Positions 1-9,009 of a stretch of DNA of 64,000 bases are shown here, one piece after another. A model generated the notes under the pieces. The model was given only the letters and a program-made list of their open reading frames with translations. It was not told the DNA's origin and did not search any database. Numbering within the stretch: the stretch's first letter is position 1; each line of letters starts with the position of its first letter. Where the stretch lies: the NCBI GenBank assembly GCA_043819135.1, contig JBDRFG010000025.1:1-64000 (forward strand). The letters run 5' to 3'. Position numbers and translations under genes: made by a program. This DNA comes from Candidatus Eiseniibacteriota bacterium (GTDB lineage: Bacteria; Joyebacterota; Joyebacteria; Joyebacterales; Joyebacteraceae).

Positions 1-1
1 C

Positions 2-613
2 AGCAGGAGGGAGAAAGGCGTCGGGATCGTGATGCTCCTGACGATCGTCGCCTGGGTAGTGAGCGGCCGGGTTGTGGGGCTGGCCTCGATCTCCATCCTG
101 GCTGCGGTTGCGCTCTTCGTGTTCAATCTCATCGAGTGGAAGAGCGTTGAGGAGTACGTCAACTGGGGCGTCATCCTGATGTACGGTGGCGCCATAGCGA
201 TTGCGACGGCCCTCCACGAATCTGGTGGCGCCCGCTGGATCGCGCACGTGGCCGAGGACCGGATAGCCGGGCTGCCGCCGTTCTGGATGCTCATGGTGTT
301 CGCCATGGCCGCGACGTTCTTGACAGAGGCCATAAGCAACGTGGCCGCAGTTGCGCTGATGCTGCCCATCTGCTTCGGACTCATGGAGGGGAGTGGGGTG
401 TCTCCCATCTCCGTCGTCTTTGTGGTCGCGGTGCCCGCGGGGCTGGCCTTTTCGCTGCCGATGGGCACTCCCGCCAACGCGATCGCCTATTCCGCGGGGT
501 ACTACAGGCTGCGGGACTCGTTCCTGGCCGGCGCGGTTCTCAAGATCATCGCGCTCACTCTGTTCATGCTGGTCGTGAAGCTGTACTGGCCACTTATCGG
601 CATTGGCGAGTAG
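2..613 (+). CDS. SLC13/DASS family sodium-coupled anion symporter (5'-partial)
   Basis: Frame is open from the window edge. Multi-TM protein with DASS motifs 'FLTEAISNVAAVALMLPI' and 'AFSLPMGTPANAIAY'. Confidence 0.85.
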   Translation, partial: SRREKGVGIVMLLTIVAWVVSGRVVGLASISILAAVALFVFNLIEWKSVEEYVNWGVILMYGGAIAIATALHESGGARWIAHVAEDRIAGLPPFWMLMVFAMAATFLTEAISNVAAVALMLPICFGLMEGSGVSPISVVFVVAVPAGLAFSLPMGTPANAIAYSAGYYRLRDSFLAGAVLKIIALTLFMLVVKLYWPLIGIGE

Positions 614-628
614 CACGGGGGCAAGGCA

Positions 629-1102
629 GTGAAACGCATTCTTCTCATTCTCTCGGCCTCGCGTGTGTCGACCTCCTGCGTCGACGCCGCGCTGGAGAGC
701 GCCGCGAAGGAGAGCGCGGAGCTGGTCGTGCTCTTCATCCTCGACACCGCGGGATCGCGCGATATGCAGGAGCGGATGTCCGACGAGGGTTTCCTCGGCG
801 AGGCGCCGAGCGGGCGGCTTCTGCGGGCCGTGCGCAGGGAGCGCAAGCGGCAGGGGGCAGGCGAGCTCGCGGACATCGTCCGCCGGGCGGAGAAACGTGG
901 GATAACCTGCCGCAGCGATCTCGTCGAGGGAGACTTCCTCACGATGGCGCTCATGGCGGCCCAGAACGAGGCGCCGACCGTGATCTTCGTCGCCAGGCGA
1001 GAACGCGCGGCTCTGTCTCGCCTGATGTCCGGTTCGCTGGCGGAGGAGCTGAAAGATGCGGCGCAGTGCGAGGTCATGATACACGAAGGCGATGACGGCT
1101 AG
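629..1102 (+). CDS. Universal stress protein (UspA-like)
   Basis: N-terminal 'MKRILLIL', 'VEGD' and C-terminal 'GSLAEELKDAAQCEVMI' fit the Usp fold. Usp genes often follow transporters. Confidence 0.75.
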   Translation: MKRILLILSASRVSTSCVDAALESAAKESAELVVLFILDTAGSRDMQERMSDEGFLGEAPSGRLLRAVRRERKRQGAGELADIVRRAEKRGITCRSDLVEGDFLTMALMAAQNEAPTVIFVARRERAALSRLMSGSLAEELKDAAQCEVMIHEGDDG

Positions 1103-1142
1103 TCCGTGAGCCGCCACCGCCCCGCACGATCCTCGGGTACCG

Positions 1143-3602
1143 CTATTCCATCAGACCGCCGAGCTCCCTCTCCAGGAACTCCGTCAACTGCCCATCGCTG
1201 GTCAGCGACAGGGCGGTCTCATACTCGTGAACCGCCTCGTCCGTCCTTCCCAGCTCCGCGAGAAGCCCGGCGAGGTTCGCGTGCGGAGACGCCAGCTTGG
1301 GCCGGACCGCGATCTCCTTCCGCAGCTCGTTCTCGGCGGCGGCCAGGTTACCCAGTTCGTAGTACGCCCCCGCGAGCCGTGTGTGTGTGTGTTCGACCGG
1401 AGTGCGTCCCGAGAGCACGGCCTTGAGCGCGGCAACGCCATCGTCGTACATCCCGTTCGCCAAGTAGATGTCCGCTACCCTCGACTGGGCCTGGCTGTTC
1501 CTCGGGTCGACCGCGGTCGTCGCCACGAGAGACTCGAGCTCGAGGTCCAGATCGCCCAGTTCCTGGTAGATCATGGCTCTCGTGTAGTGCGCGTCCGCGT
1601 TCTCCGGGTCGAGTTCGAGGGCAGCCACCAGCTCCTCCAGGGCGTTGTCGGGCTTCGCGTTCAGCTTGTGAACCTGCGCCAGCCCGACCCTTGCGGTCGC
1701 GTCGTCGGGTGCCAGCACCGACGCTCTCCTGAAGGCGTTGGCCGCCTCGGTCAGGCGTTCCATGCGCATGTATGCGCTGCCGACGCTGATGAAGGCCTGG
1801 GCGTTCTCCGGGTCGAGTTCGGTGACTCGCTTGAACGCCTCTATCGCGCCCTCGAAGTCGCCTCGTCTGAATTTCTCGATCCCGTCCGCGAGCAGCTGTT
1901 GCTCCTCCGTCGCGGCATCGCGGTTGAACATCTCGAATTCACCGCTACTCCTGGTCGTTCTCGAGAAGTCCGTGTCGGCGAGCTCTGAGGTGAGGACCGG
2001 GGCCTCGGTGACGCCCGTCGCCAACCCTACGATGAGGGCGAGCGCACCCAGCCCAGTGAGCGCGGCCGGGATCCTCCGTTCGCCGAGCGTCAGCGCGGCG
2101 GCGGCCCCTGCCAGCCCTGCGACCGCACCGATCGCAAGTAGCGCGGCCTGCCGGAACATAACCGCCGGGAGAATGGCGGCCAGGATTATCCCGAGCGCCG
2201 CGACCGCGCGGGCCCTCTTCTCGCCGAGCACGCTGTTCAGGTTCCAGCGTCCGGCGTCGCCCTTCCGGTCGGCCTCCCACACGTCCCGCGCGAGGAACGC
2301 GAGCGTCGGGACAGCGAGGCACGCAAGCACCGCGACCTTCGGGAGCCAGAGCGACGCCGAGCCCCCGGCGTAGGCCGCGAAGCCGAGCGTCACCGAGAAA
2401 AGCGCTACCGCGCCTATCGCCAGCCCCGAGAGCGGCGTGAATCGCGCCAGCCTCAGCGGACGCGCGTAGTAGAAGTAGTACACGGCCATCATCGACAGCA
2501 CGTAGGTCAGGGCCACGTAGCTCACGGAGAGCGCGAGCAGCGTGGCGAACGTGAACGAGAAGACGCCCAGCATGAGCACGGGGGTTCTGTCATCGCCGGC
2601 GAGCGCGGCGCCCTCGCGGTGCAGCTCTCTGAGGGCCGAAGCGGTGAGCGCCGTGAAGAACGAGGCCGTGAGCAGGCCGACCACGCAGATGGCATCGAAC
2701 GGATGAGCGACCGACGCGAGACCGCTGGCTCCCATGAGCAGCCTGGCGCCCAGGAACACGCCCACGGACGTGGTGAGCACGTGGAAGACCACGGTGACGG
2801 GATCGGCTGCCCTCCGGAGGAGGACGAACTTCTCGCGATCGTACATCCGATACCAGACAGCCAGGAGCGGGGCTATGACGAACAGGTCGATCAGAGCATT
2901 CGACAGGTCGGAAAGCGCGAACGGAGTGGCGTTCGCGAACGCCCTGTGCACGCTCGCCCTGGCGAAGAACAGCTGGTAGACGTTCTCGATGTCGGAGCCC
3001 AGCAATCGACTGACCGCCACGACTATGACCGGCAGTGTGAAGAAGAAGAACATCGTCACGTAGATGCCGAAGAAGGCAAGGACCGCCCTGCCGAGATTCC
3101 TGGTCTTGAGGTGAACGTAGAAGGCGCCCAGCAGGCATCCGAGAGCAGCCTCGATCCTGATACCGGCCGTCGCACCCTGGAACTGCTGGTACGCGGGGTT
3201 CAGCAGGTTGACGAACGCGCCCACGAGCGTGCCGCTCTTCGGGATCAGGTAGCCGATGAGCTCAGGGGCCTCGCCGGTGCGCGTCATCAGGACGTCGATA
3301 AGCGGTGGCAGGAGCGTCAGGAGCCAGGCGAACAGCATCAGCTTGGTCACACGCTCGACACGCTCTCGTGCGAACGCCGCAAGAACGACCGACAGCGCCA
3401 GCAGAGGGGCCACGTAGGCCAATGGGTAGTGAAGGAAGTAGGAGAGAAAGTACAGTGTCTTCTGCTGTCCTGAGAGTTGCTCCAGGAAATGCCTGAGGAC
3501 GATGATGGCGGCGAGCATGAGAAGCCACCGTCCGACTGTGATCGAGGTAGTCTCGACGGCTTCGGACGCCCGCAGGACTCTCTCTCTAACTCCTTGGCTC
3601 AT
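1143..3602 (-). CDS. Polytopic membrane protein with degenerate UbiA-like middle region and C-terminal TPR repeats
   Basis: ATG at 3602 has GAGGTG upstream. Many hydrophobic helices; 'YYARPLRLAR' and 'RDVWEADRKGDAGRWNLNSVLGEKRA' resemble UbiA motifs; the C-terminal ~250 aa are TPR-like (LDPENAQAF, LDPENADAHY). Confidence 0.7.
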   Translation of the reverse strand: MSQGVRERVLRASEAVETTSITVGRWLLMLAAIIVLRHFLEQLSGQQKTLYFLSYFLHYPLAYVAPLLALSVVLAAFARERVERVTKLMLFAWLLTLLPPLIDVLMTRTGEAPELIGYLIPKSGTLVGAFVNLLNPAYQQFQGATAGIRIEAALGCLLGAFYVHLKTRNLGRAVLAFFGIYVTMFFFFTLPVIVVAVSRLLGSDIENVYQLFFARASVHRAFANATPFALSDLSNALIDLFVIAPLLAVWYRMYDREKFVLLRRAADPVTVVFHVLTTSVGVFLGARLLMGASGLASVAHPFDAICVVGLLTASFFTALTASALRELHREGAALAGDDRTPVLMLGVFSFTFATLLALSVSYVALTYVLSMMAVYYFYYARPLRLARFTPLSGLAIGAVALFSVTLGFAAYAGGSASLWLPKVAVLACLAVPTLAFLARDVWEADRKGDAGRWNLNSVLGEKRARAVAALGIILAAILPAVMFRQAALLAIGAVAGLAGAAAALTLGERRIPAALTGLGALALIVGLATGVTEAPVLTSELADTDFSRTTRSSGEFEMFNRDAATEEQQLLADGIEKFRRGDFEGAIEAFKRVTELDPENAQAFISVGSAYMRMERLTEAANAFRRASVLAPDDATARVGLAQVHKLNAKPDNALEELVAALELDPENADAHYTRAMIYQELGDLDLELESLVATTAVDPRNSQAQSRVADIYLANGMYDDGVAALKAVLSGRTPVEHTHTRLAGAYYELGNLAAAENELRKEIAVRPKLASPHANLAGLLAELGRTDEAVHEYETALSLTSDGQLTEFLERELGGLME

Positions 3603-3703
3603 CTCGGATCCCACCTCACTTCCAGAACGGTGCCGCCCGGCGTTTGCCGGGCGAATACCGATCGGCGTCCTCGGGGAACGCTGCTGTTGACCGTCACGTC
3701 TGT

Positions 3704-3889
3704 CTAGTGCTCGTCTCTGGCGTAGAGGTGCAAGTAGATCGCGAAGCCTATGCAGGCCACCGAGAAACGCCACAGGGTGACCGGCGCCATCCCCATGATG
3801 AATTCCCTGCTGGACATCCTCACGGCGATGCCGAGTAGCAGGACGACCGCGGCGACGGCAGCCAGCGTGAACGAAAACAGTCTGAGCAT
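3704..3889 (-). CDS. Small two-TM membrane protein
   Basis: GGAG precedes the ATG at 3889. Two hydrophobic segments; lies between a minus-strand promoter and the TPR gene. Confidence 0.6.
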   Translation of the reverse strand: MLRLFSFTLAAVAAVVLLLGIAVRMSSREFIMGMAPVTLWRFSVACIGFAIYLHLYARDEH

Positions 3890-3935
3890 TGAGGTCTCCA
3901 AGCGTTCCGGGCCACGGTCAGGGTCTCCGAAGATA

Positions 3936-3965
3936 AGCCTACGCCCCGCAGGTGACGAGTGTCAA
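3936..3965 (-). promoter_or_regulatory. Sigma70-type promoter (TTGACA-N18-TAGGCT)
   Basis: Perfect -35 on the minus strand at 3965-3960, upstream of the 3889 and 3602 genes. Confidence 0.55.
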
Positions 3966-3983
3966 GCCGCTTGCCGAACGCGC

Positions 3984-4012
3984 TTGACCCGAGCCCGCGT
4001 GGGCCGTAGAAT
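3984..4012 (+). promoter_or_regulatory. Sigma70-type promoter (TTGACC-N17-TAGAAT)
   Basis: Near-consensus boxes with a 17-bp spacer, divergent from the minus-strand promoter. Confidence 0.65.
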
Positions 4013-4067
4013 CCTCCTCACGTGCCCGATTCATTGACCGATGGCGATTTCCATGGGTGGTTTTCTG

Positions 4068-4349
4068 ATGAGCGACAGTTTCGACGACACTGAAATGCAG
4101 ACACTTCTGGCCGAGGAGGAAGAGAAACTCCTCGCGTTGAGAGAGCTGGTCGACAGCGCGTGCGAGGAGATCATGGGCGGACGGCTCGACCGTCAGGAGG
4201 CCACCGTCCTTGCCCAGCGCGTCCGCCGACAGGCGTCCGAGATCATCCCCGACCTGATGGACACGTTCGACCTCATCTACAAGAGCAGATTCGAGCGGCT
4301 CATCTCTCAGTACATCGACGGGCCGAAAGGAGCCGGGGAGCGCGCGTAG
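4068..4349 (+). CDS. Small helical hypothetical protein
   Basis: Natural-looking helical sequence ('DTFDLIYKSRFERLISQY') with GC3-biased codons. Start could alternatively be 4041. Confidence 0.65.
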   Translation: MSDSFDDTEMQTLLAEEEEKLLALRELVDSACEEIMGGRLDRQEATVLAQRVRRQASEIIPDLMDTFDLIYKSRFERLISQYIDGPKGAGERA

Positions 4350-4427
4350 CGTTGCCTGCACCCTCGTTTCCATGGGCCACTCGACGGTCCCTGTTACCTC
4401 GGGTGGCCGCTTCTTGAGGGGGGCACG

Positions 4428-4598
4428 ATGAACCGGCGGTGGATGGCCTGGCTGATCGTTCTTGTAGCACTGACTACCATGGCCACGCTGAGGCTCGCGG
4501 ACCGGAAGGAGAGGGGCGTCCGGGAACTCTCCAACGTTACCGTGAACGAGCCGGTGCAACCCGAGTCCACGTCGAGCGCGGTCGGAGGATGTCCATGA
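4428..4598 (+). CDS. 56-aa single-TM small protein (not in ORF track)
   Basis: GAGGGGGG SD. Translates MNRRWMAWLIVLVALTTMATLRLADRKERG...AVGGCP. Its stop overlaps the next start (ATGA, 4595-4598). Confidence 0.55.
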   Translation: MNRRWMAWLIVLVALTTMATLRLADRKERGVRELSNVTVNEPVQPESTSSAVGGCP

Positions 4599-5428
4599 AG
4601 GTCGCAGTGCTGGCCAGCGGAAGCTCCGGGAACTCTGTCTGGGTGTCGAGCGCGTCGACCGCGGTGCTGATCGACGCGGGCGTGTCCGGCAAGCGGATAT
4701 CTGCGTCCGCGGAAGAGCTGGGACTGGACACCGCGCAGCTGTCGGCCGTGCTGGTCACGCACGAGCACTCCGACCACGTGAGCGGTCTGGGTCCGGTCAC
4801 GCGGAAGTTCGACATTCCCGCCTGCGCCACGGCCGGGACTCACGCCGGCATCGACCGCCGCCTGGGCAGGTGCCCGGGACGGATCGTCGTTGAGGCGGGA
4901 ACCGATTTCGAGATCGGCGGCCTCCTTGTTTCTCCCTTCGCGGTCAGCCACGATTGCGCCGAACCGGTGGGTTATGCCTTGACGGACGGGCGGACGCGCG
5001 TGGTGATCGCCACGGACCTTGGAGTCGTCAGCCATCCCGTGAGACATCGCATCGGCGAGGCGGACTGCGTGGTGCTCGAGTTCAATCACGACGAGAGGAT
5101 GCTCCTGGACGGCAGCTATCCCTGGTTTCTCAAGCAGCGCATCATGAGCAACGAGGGGCATCTCTCCAACGACGCGGCGGCCAGGGAACTGGTCTCGCTC
5201 GCGGACGGTCCCTTGTCTGCTCTGGTCCTCGCTCATCTGTCCAGGGAGAACAACGTCCCCGAACTGGCTCTTGCCACCGCCAGGGTCGCTCTCGAGAGGG
5301 CCGGCAGGGCCGACGTCGGCGTCTATCTTGCGGACCAGGATCGGCCCCTCGGCCCGGTGTGCCTGGGTAGTGACGCTCAATCCACCAACACGGTCACGAC
5401 AGGAGTGTCTGGTTCATGCACAAGATAG
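4595..5428 (+). CDS. MBL-fold metallo-hydrolase (YycJ/WalJ-like)
   Basis: Motifs 'LASGSSGN', 'IDAG', 'THEHSDH', 'SHD', 'TDLG', 'GHLSN', 'LAHLSRENN'. GGAGG SD. Confidence 0.9.
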   Translation: MKVAVLASGSSGNSVWVSSASTAVLIDAGVSGKRISASAEELGLDTAQLSAVLVTHEHSDHVSGLGPVTRKFDIPACATAGTHAGIDRRLGRCPGRIVVEAGTDFEIGGLLVSPFAVSHDCAEPVGYALTDGRTRVVIATDLGVVSHPVRHRIGEADCVVLEFNHDERMLLDGSYPWFLKQRIMSNEGHLSNDAAARELVSLADGPLSALVLAHLSRENNVPELALATARVALERAGRADVGVYLADQDRPLGPVCLGSDAQSTNTVTTGVSGSCTR

Positions 5429-6729
5429 CGGTGATAGGGACGGGGTACGTTGGGCTGGTCGGGGGAGCGGGACTGGCCGACTTCGGCAACCAGGTCGTTT
5501 GCGTCGACCGCATCGCCGAGAAGATCGAGCGGCTCAAGCACGGTGAGATCCCGTTCTACGAGCCGGGGCTCTCGGAGGTCGTCCAGCGGAACGTGCGGGA
5601 GGGCAGGCTCAGCTTCTCAACCGATTTCGGTGGTGCCGTAGCCGACAACGACGTCGTCTTCTGCGCGGTGGGCACGCCCGAGGGTGAGGAAGGGCGCGTG
5701 GACCTGTCTCAGGTGGACGCGGTCGCGCGGGACGTCGGGAAGCACATGACCGGATACCTCGTGATCGTTCAGAAGAGCACGGTTCCGGTCGGAACTGCCA
5801 GGCGGCTCAGGAAGATCATAGAGGAGAACCAGGCTGAGCCCATTCCGTTCGACGTCGTGAGCAATCCCGAGTTCCTGCGCGAGGGGTCGGCCGTCGAGGA
5901 CTTCATGCGGCCGGACAGGGTCGTGGTCGGGGTAGACAGCGACAAGGCGATGGAAGTAATGCGCGGCATCTACGCCCCTCTCTTCCTGAACAGAACGCCG
6001 TTAGTGGAAACAGCTCCCGAGAGCGCCGAGCTCATCAAGTACGTCTCCAACGCCTTCCTCGCGACGAAGATATCGTTCATCAACGAGGTCGCGAACATAT
6101 GCGAGAACGTGGGCGCCGACGTTCAGGTCGTCTCGTACGCCATGGGCCTGGACAAGAGGATCGGTCCCAAGTTCCTTCACGCCGGCGCCGGATACGGGGG
6201 GTCGTGCTTCCCGAAAGACACGAAGGCGCTGGTGCACATGGCCGAAGAGGCCGGGGCCGCCGCACGCATCGTCAACGCGGCGGTGGGCGTCAACCAGGAG
6301 CAGAAGGAGCGAATGGTGGCCAAGGTCCTCAAGGCGGTCGGCGGTGACGTTTCCGGCAAGACCATCGGACTTCTGGGCCTCGCGTTCAAACCGAACACCG
6401 ACGACATGCGCTACGCGGCCTCCATCGTGCTCGCCGAGGGGCTCTCGGCGCGAGGCGCGACCATCCGGGCGTTCGATCCCGTGGCCATGGACAATGCCAG
6501 AGAGCTCATGCCGTTCGTGGAATATGTCTCCGACACCTATGCCGCGGCGGATGGCGCTGACGCGCTTGTCCTGGTCACGGAGTGGAACGAGTTCAGGCAG
6601 CTCGATTTCGACCGATTGAAGAAGCTCATGCGTTCTCCCGTCGTTATCGACTGCAGGAACGTCTACAATCCTGAAGACCTCGAGAGGCACGGATTCACTT
6701 ACGTCGGTGTCGGGCGCGGCGCTCGGTAA
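5416..6729 (+). CDS. ugd: UDP-glucose 6-dehydrogenase
   Basis: GTGYVG Rossmann motif, 'SNPEFLREG', 'GYGGSCFPKD', 'FKPNTDD'. Confidence 0.95.
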   Translation: MHKIAVIGTGYVGLVGGAGLADFGNQVVCVDRIAEKIERLKHGEIPFYEPGLSEVVQRNVREGRLSFSTDFGGAVADNDVVFCAVGTPEGEEGRVDLSQVDAVARDVGKHMTGYLVIVQKSTVPVGTARRLRKIIEENQAEPIPFDVVSNPEFLREGSAVEDFMRPDRVVVGVDSDKAMEVMRGIYAPLFLNRTPLVETAPESAELIKYVSNAFLATKISFINEVANICENVGADVQVVSYAMGLDKRIGPKFLHAGAGYGGSCFPKDTKALVHMAEEAGAAARIVNAAVGVNQEQKERMVAKVLKAVGGDVSGKTIGLLGLAFKPNTDDMRYAASIVLAEGLSARGATIRAFDPVAMDNARELMPFVEYVSDTYAAADGADALVLVTEWNEFRQLDFDRLKKLMRSPVVIDCRNVYNPEDLERHGFTYVGVGRGAR

Positions 6730-6756
6730 TCCAGGGCTCAATCTCAGGAGGGGAGA

Positions 6757-7254
6757 ATGGCATCGGGCGGTTTTCCCAGAGGCGTCAAGGCCGGGGGGCT
6801 GATAGACGGCGTCCGCATCAAGAACCTCAGACTGATCCCGGACGAGCGGGGCTATCTGATGGAAATGCTCCGCGCGGACGACGACATCTACGAGAAATTC
6901 GGGCAGGTCTACCTGTCCGTCGGCTACCCGGGAGTCGTCAAGGGATGGCATTATCACAAGGTGCAGACCGACTTTTTCACCATCGTCAAGGGCATGATGA
7001 AGGTGGTGCTGTACGACGGTCGACCCGACTCGCCCACGCACGGTGAGGTCAACGAGTTCACCATGGGTGAGCTCAACCCTCTTCTCATCACCATTCCTCC
7101 CGGGGTGCTGCACGGGATGAAGGCCGTGGGAAACGAGCCCGCGTACCTCGTCAACTGCCCGACCGAGCCGTACCGCTACGACGAGCCGGACGAGTTTCGC
7201 GTGGACCCGCACGACAACGACATTCCCTACGATTGGGGTACCAAGGACGGCTAG
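6757..7254 (+). CDS. dTDP-4-dehydrorhamnose 3,5-epimerase family (RmlC-like cupin)
   Basis: 'DERGYLME', 'VKGWHYH', 'LYDGRPDSPT', 'IPPGVLHG'. Confidence 0.85.
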   Translation: MASGGFPRGVKAGGLIDGVRIKNLRLIPDERGYLMEMLRADDDIYEKFGQVYLSVGYPGVVKGWHYHKVQTDFFTIVKGMMKVVLYDGRPDSPTHGEVNEFTMGELNPLLITIPPGVLHGMKAVGNEPAYLVNCPTEPYRYDEPDEFRVDPHDNDIPYDWGTKDG

Positions 7255-7301
7255 GTGGCCGGAGAGAGTCCGCGCCGGGGACGCGCCGGCCGGCGGGCCT
7301 C

Positions 7302-7330
7302 TTGACACGTCCACCGCCGAGACTGATAAT
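7302..7330 (+). promoter_or_regulatory. Sigma70-type promoter (TTGACA-N17-GATAAT)
   Basis: Perfect -35, 17-bp spacer and 5/6 -10 in the intergenic gap before the polysaccharide export gene. Confidence 0.7.
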
Positions 7331-7371
7331 CGACGATCTTGCTTAGAGGCGCCTTTCGAAGCGGGGTTACG

Positions 7372-8976
7372 ATGGACCGCAGTTCCCCAAGATGCCGTAG
7401 CATTCTCATACCCGTCCTGATCGCGTTGCTCTTTATCTCTTCTGTGGTGGGCGCCTACGGACGCAGCGCCGACGCCGCCCCGGGTTCTGCCGCGGACACG
7501 CTCTCGCTCGAGTCCAGATCTGTTCCCACGATTCCTCCGGTCTCCGCCCTGAGAGGCCCCATCGACGATGCGACCTACATCGTCGGACCAGGCGACCACT
7601 TCTCCATCACTGTCTGGGGGCAGGGCGTGGCGAGTCACCTCGTCACGGTCACTCCCGAGGGCGAACTGGTGATCCCGGGTGTGGCCACCGTCCCCGTGGC
7701 CGGCGAAGTGCTCAGGGACGCAAAGGCCGGCGTGGCCAGGAACCTCGAGTCTTTCTACCACAACGTTGAGGTCAGCGTTTCGCTCGTGGAGCTCCGGAGC
7801 ATGTTGATCAACGTGCTCGGCAGTGTCGAGTACCCGGGCAGCTACGTCGGGACCGCCATGGACCCGGCGGGCGAGTTCGTGCTCAGAGCCGGCGGGCTCG
7901 TCCCGGGCGCGAGCGGCAGGAACATCACAATCACCCGACTGAACGGGCAGAAACACCGCGTCGATCTTACGCGCTATCGCAACACCGGCGACGTCACGTC
8001 GAATCCGCCCGTGTTGGACGGCGACGTCATCTTCGTGCCGCACGCGGTCGAGTTCGTGGACATTGCCGGAGCCGTCGCCGCGCCGGACCGCTACGAGCGC
8101 GTTGTGGGCGAGACGGTCGGTTCGCTGATCGAGTTGGCCGGGGGGTTCGCGCGGGGCGCCGTGACCGACAGTGTGGAGGTCAGGCAGTTCGTGGGTGACG
8201 TCGAGACCCGCTCGTTCCTGGTGGATGCGATGAGTCCCGCAGGCACCGGCACGGGTCTCGGTGACGGCGACCAGGTCTACGTTCGGGAGCTGAACGAGTG
8301 GCGCCGCACGACGAGCGTGGAGGTCGAGGGGGAGGTGAAACGCCCCGGGCCCTACGGCATCACGGAGGGAGTGGACCGGCTGTCAGACATCATACGGAGA
8401 GCCGGCGGCCCGACGAGCGAGGCGACGCTCGAAGACGCGCGACTGCACCGTCCTCCTCCCTCGGGAGGCCCGGACGCCGAGTTCGAGCGGCTTCAGAAAA
8501 TGAGCATCAGCCAAATGGCGGAAGTCGAGTACGACTACTTCAGGACCAGGTCGCGGGACCAGAGTCCGGTAGTTGTCGATTTCGTCAAGGCGCTCGGCGG
8601 CGACGAGAGCGATGACGTGCTGCTCGAGAGCGGAGACATCATCGTTGTGCCCAAGCGGACGACCACCGTGGAGGTCATCGGCCAGGTGGTGACGCCCGGT
8701 GATGTCAGGCACAAGCCCGGGAAGCGCTTTGGCCACTACATCAAGGAGGCCGGCGGTTACGGTCCCGCAGCGCGGAAGGACCGGGTCAGGGTCATCAGCG
8801 TCGCTACCGGTGGGTGGACCTACGGGCGCAGGGCCGGAGTTCTCAGGCCCGGCGACATCATCTGGGTGCCGGAGCGTGAGGAGACCGACTGGTGGAAGGT
8901 CGTCAGGGAGGTCGCGAGCTTCCTGACGTCGCTGGCCACCGTGTATATCGTTGTCGATCAGGCGACGGCCAAATAG
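7372..8976 (+). CDS. Polysaccharide export protein with multiple SLBB domains (Wza/KpsD-like)
   Basis: Signal peptide; 'YIVGPGDHFSITVWG' poly_export motif; repeated 'GxVxxPG...AGG...L.xGD.I.VP' SLBB units; C-terminal amphipathic helix. Confidence 0.85.
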   Translation: MDRSSPRCRSILIPVLIALLFISSVVGAYGRSADAAPGSAADTLSLESRSVPTIPPVSALRGPIDDATYIVGPGDHFSITVWGQGVASHLVTVTPEGELVIPGVATVPVAGEVLRDAKAGVARNLESFYHNVEVSVSLVELRSMLINVLGSVEYPGSYVGTAMDPAGEFVLRAGGLVPGASGRNITITRLNGQKHRVDLTRYRNTGDVTSNPPVLDGDVIFVPHAVEFVDIAGAVAAPDRYERVVGETVGSLIELAGGFARGAVTDSVEVRQFVGDVETRSFLVDAMSPAGTGTGLGDGDQVYVRELNEWRRTTSVEVEGEVKRPGPYGITEGVDRLSDIIRRAGGPTSEATLEDARLHRPPPSGGPDAEFERLQKMSISQMAEVEYDYFRTRSRDQSPVVVDFVKALGGDESDDVLLESGDIIVVPKRTTTVEVIGQVVTPGDVRHKPGKRFGHYIKEAGGYGPAARKDRVRVISVATGGWTYGRRAGVLRPGDIIWVPEREETDWWKVVREVASFLTSLATVYIVVDQATAK

Positions 8977-9009
8977 CGGACGGCGCGGTCGCCGGGGAGC
9001 GTCGAGGCA

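Noticed and set aside
4590..4660. Possible Sec readthrough of the small ORF ending Cys-Pro-UGA
   Set aside because: The UGA is explained by ATGA coupling to the MBL gene, the readthrough frame looks non-protein-like, and no convincing SECIS was seen.
6001..8043. 680-aa minus-strand ORF
   Set aside because: Antisense shadow of ugd/rmlC/SLBB genes. High GC3 bias suppresses stops, and it has no recognisable motifs.
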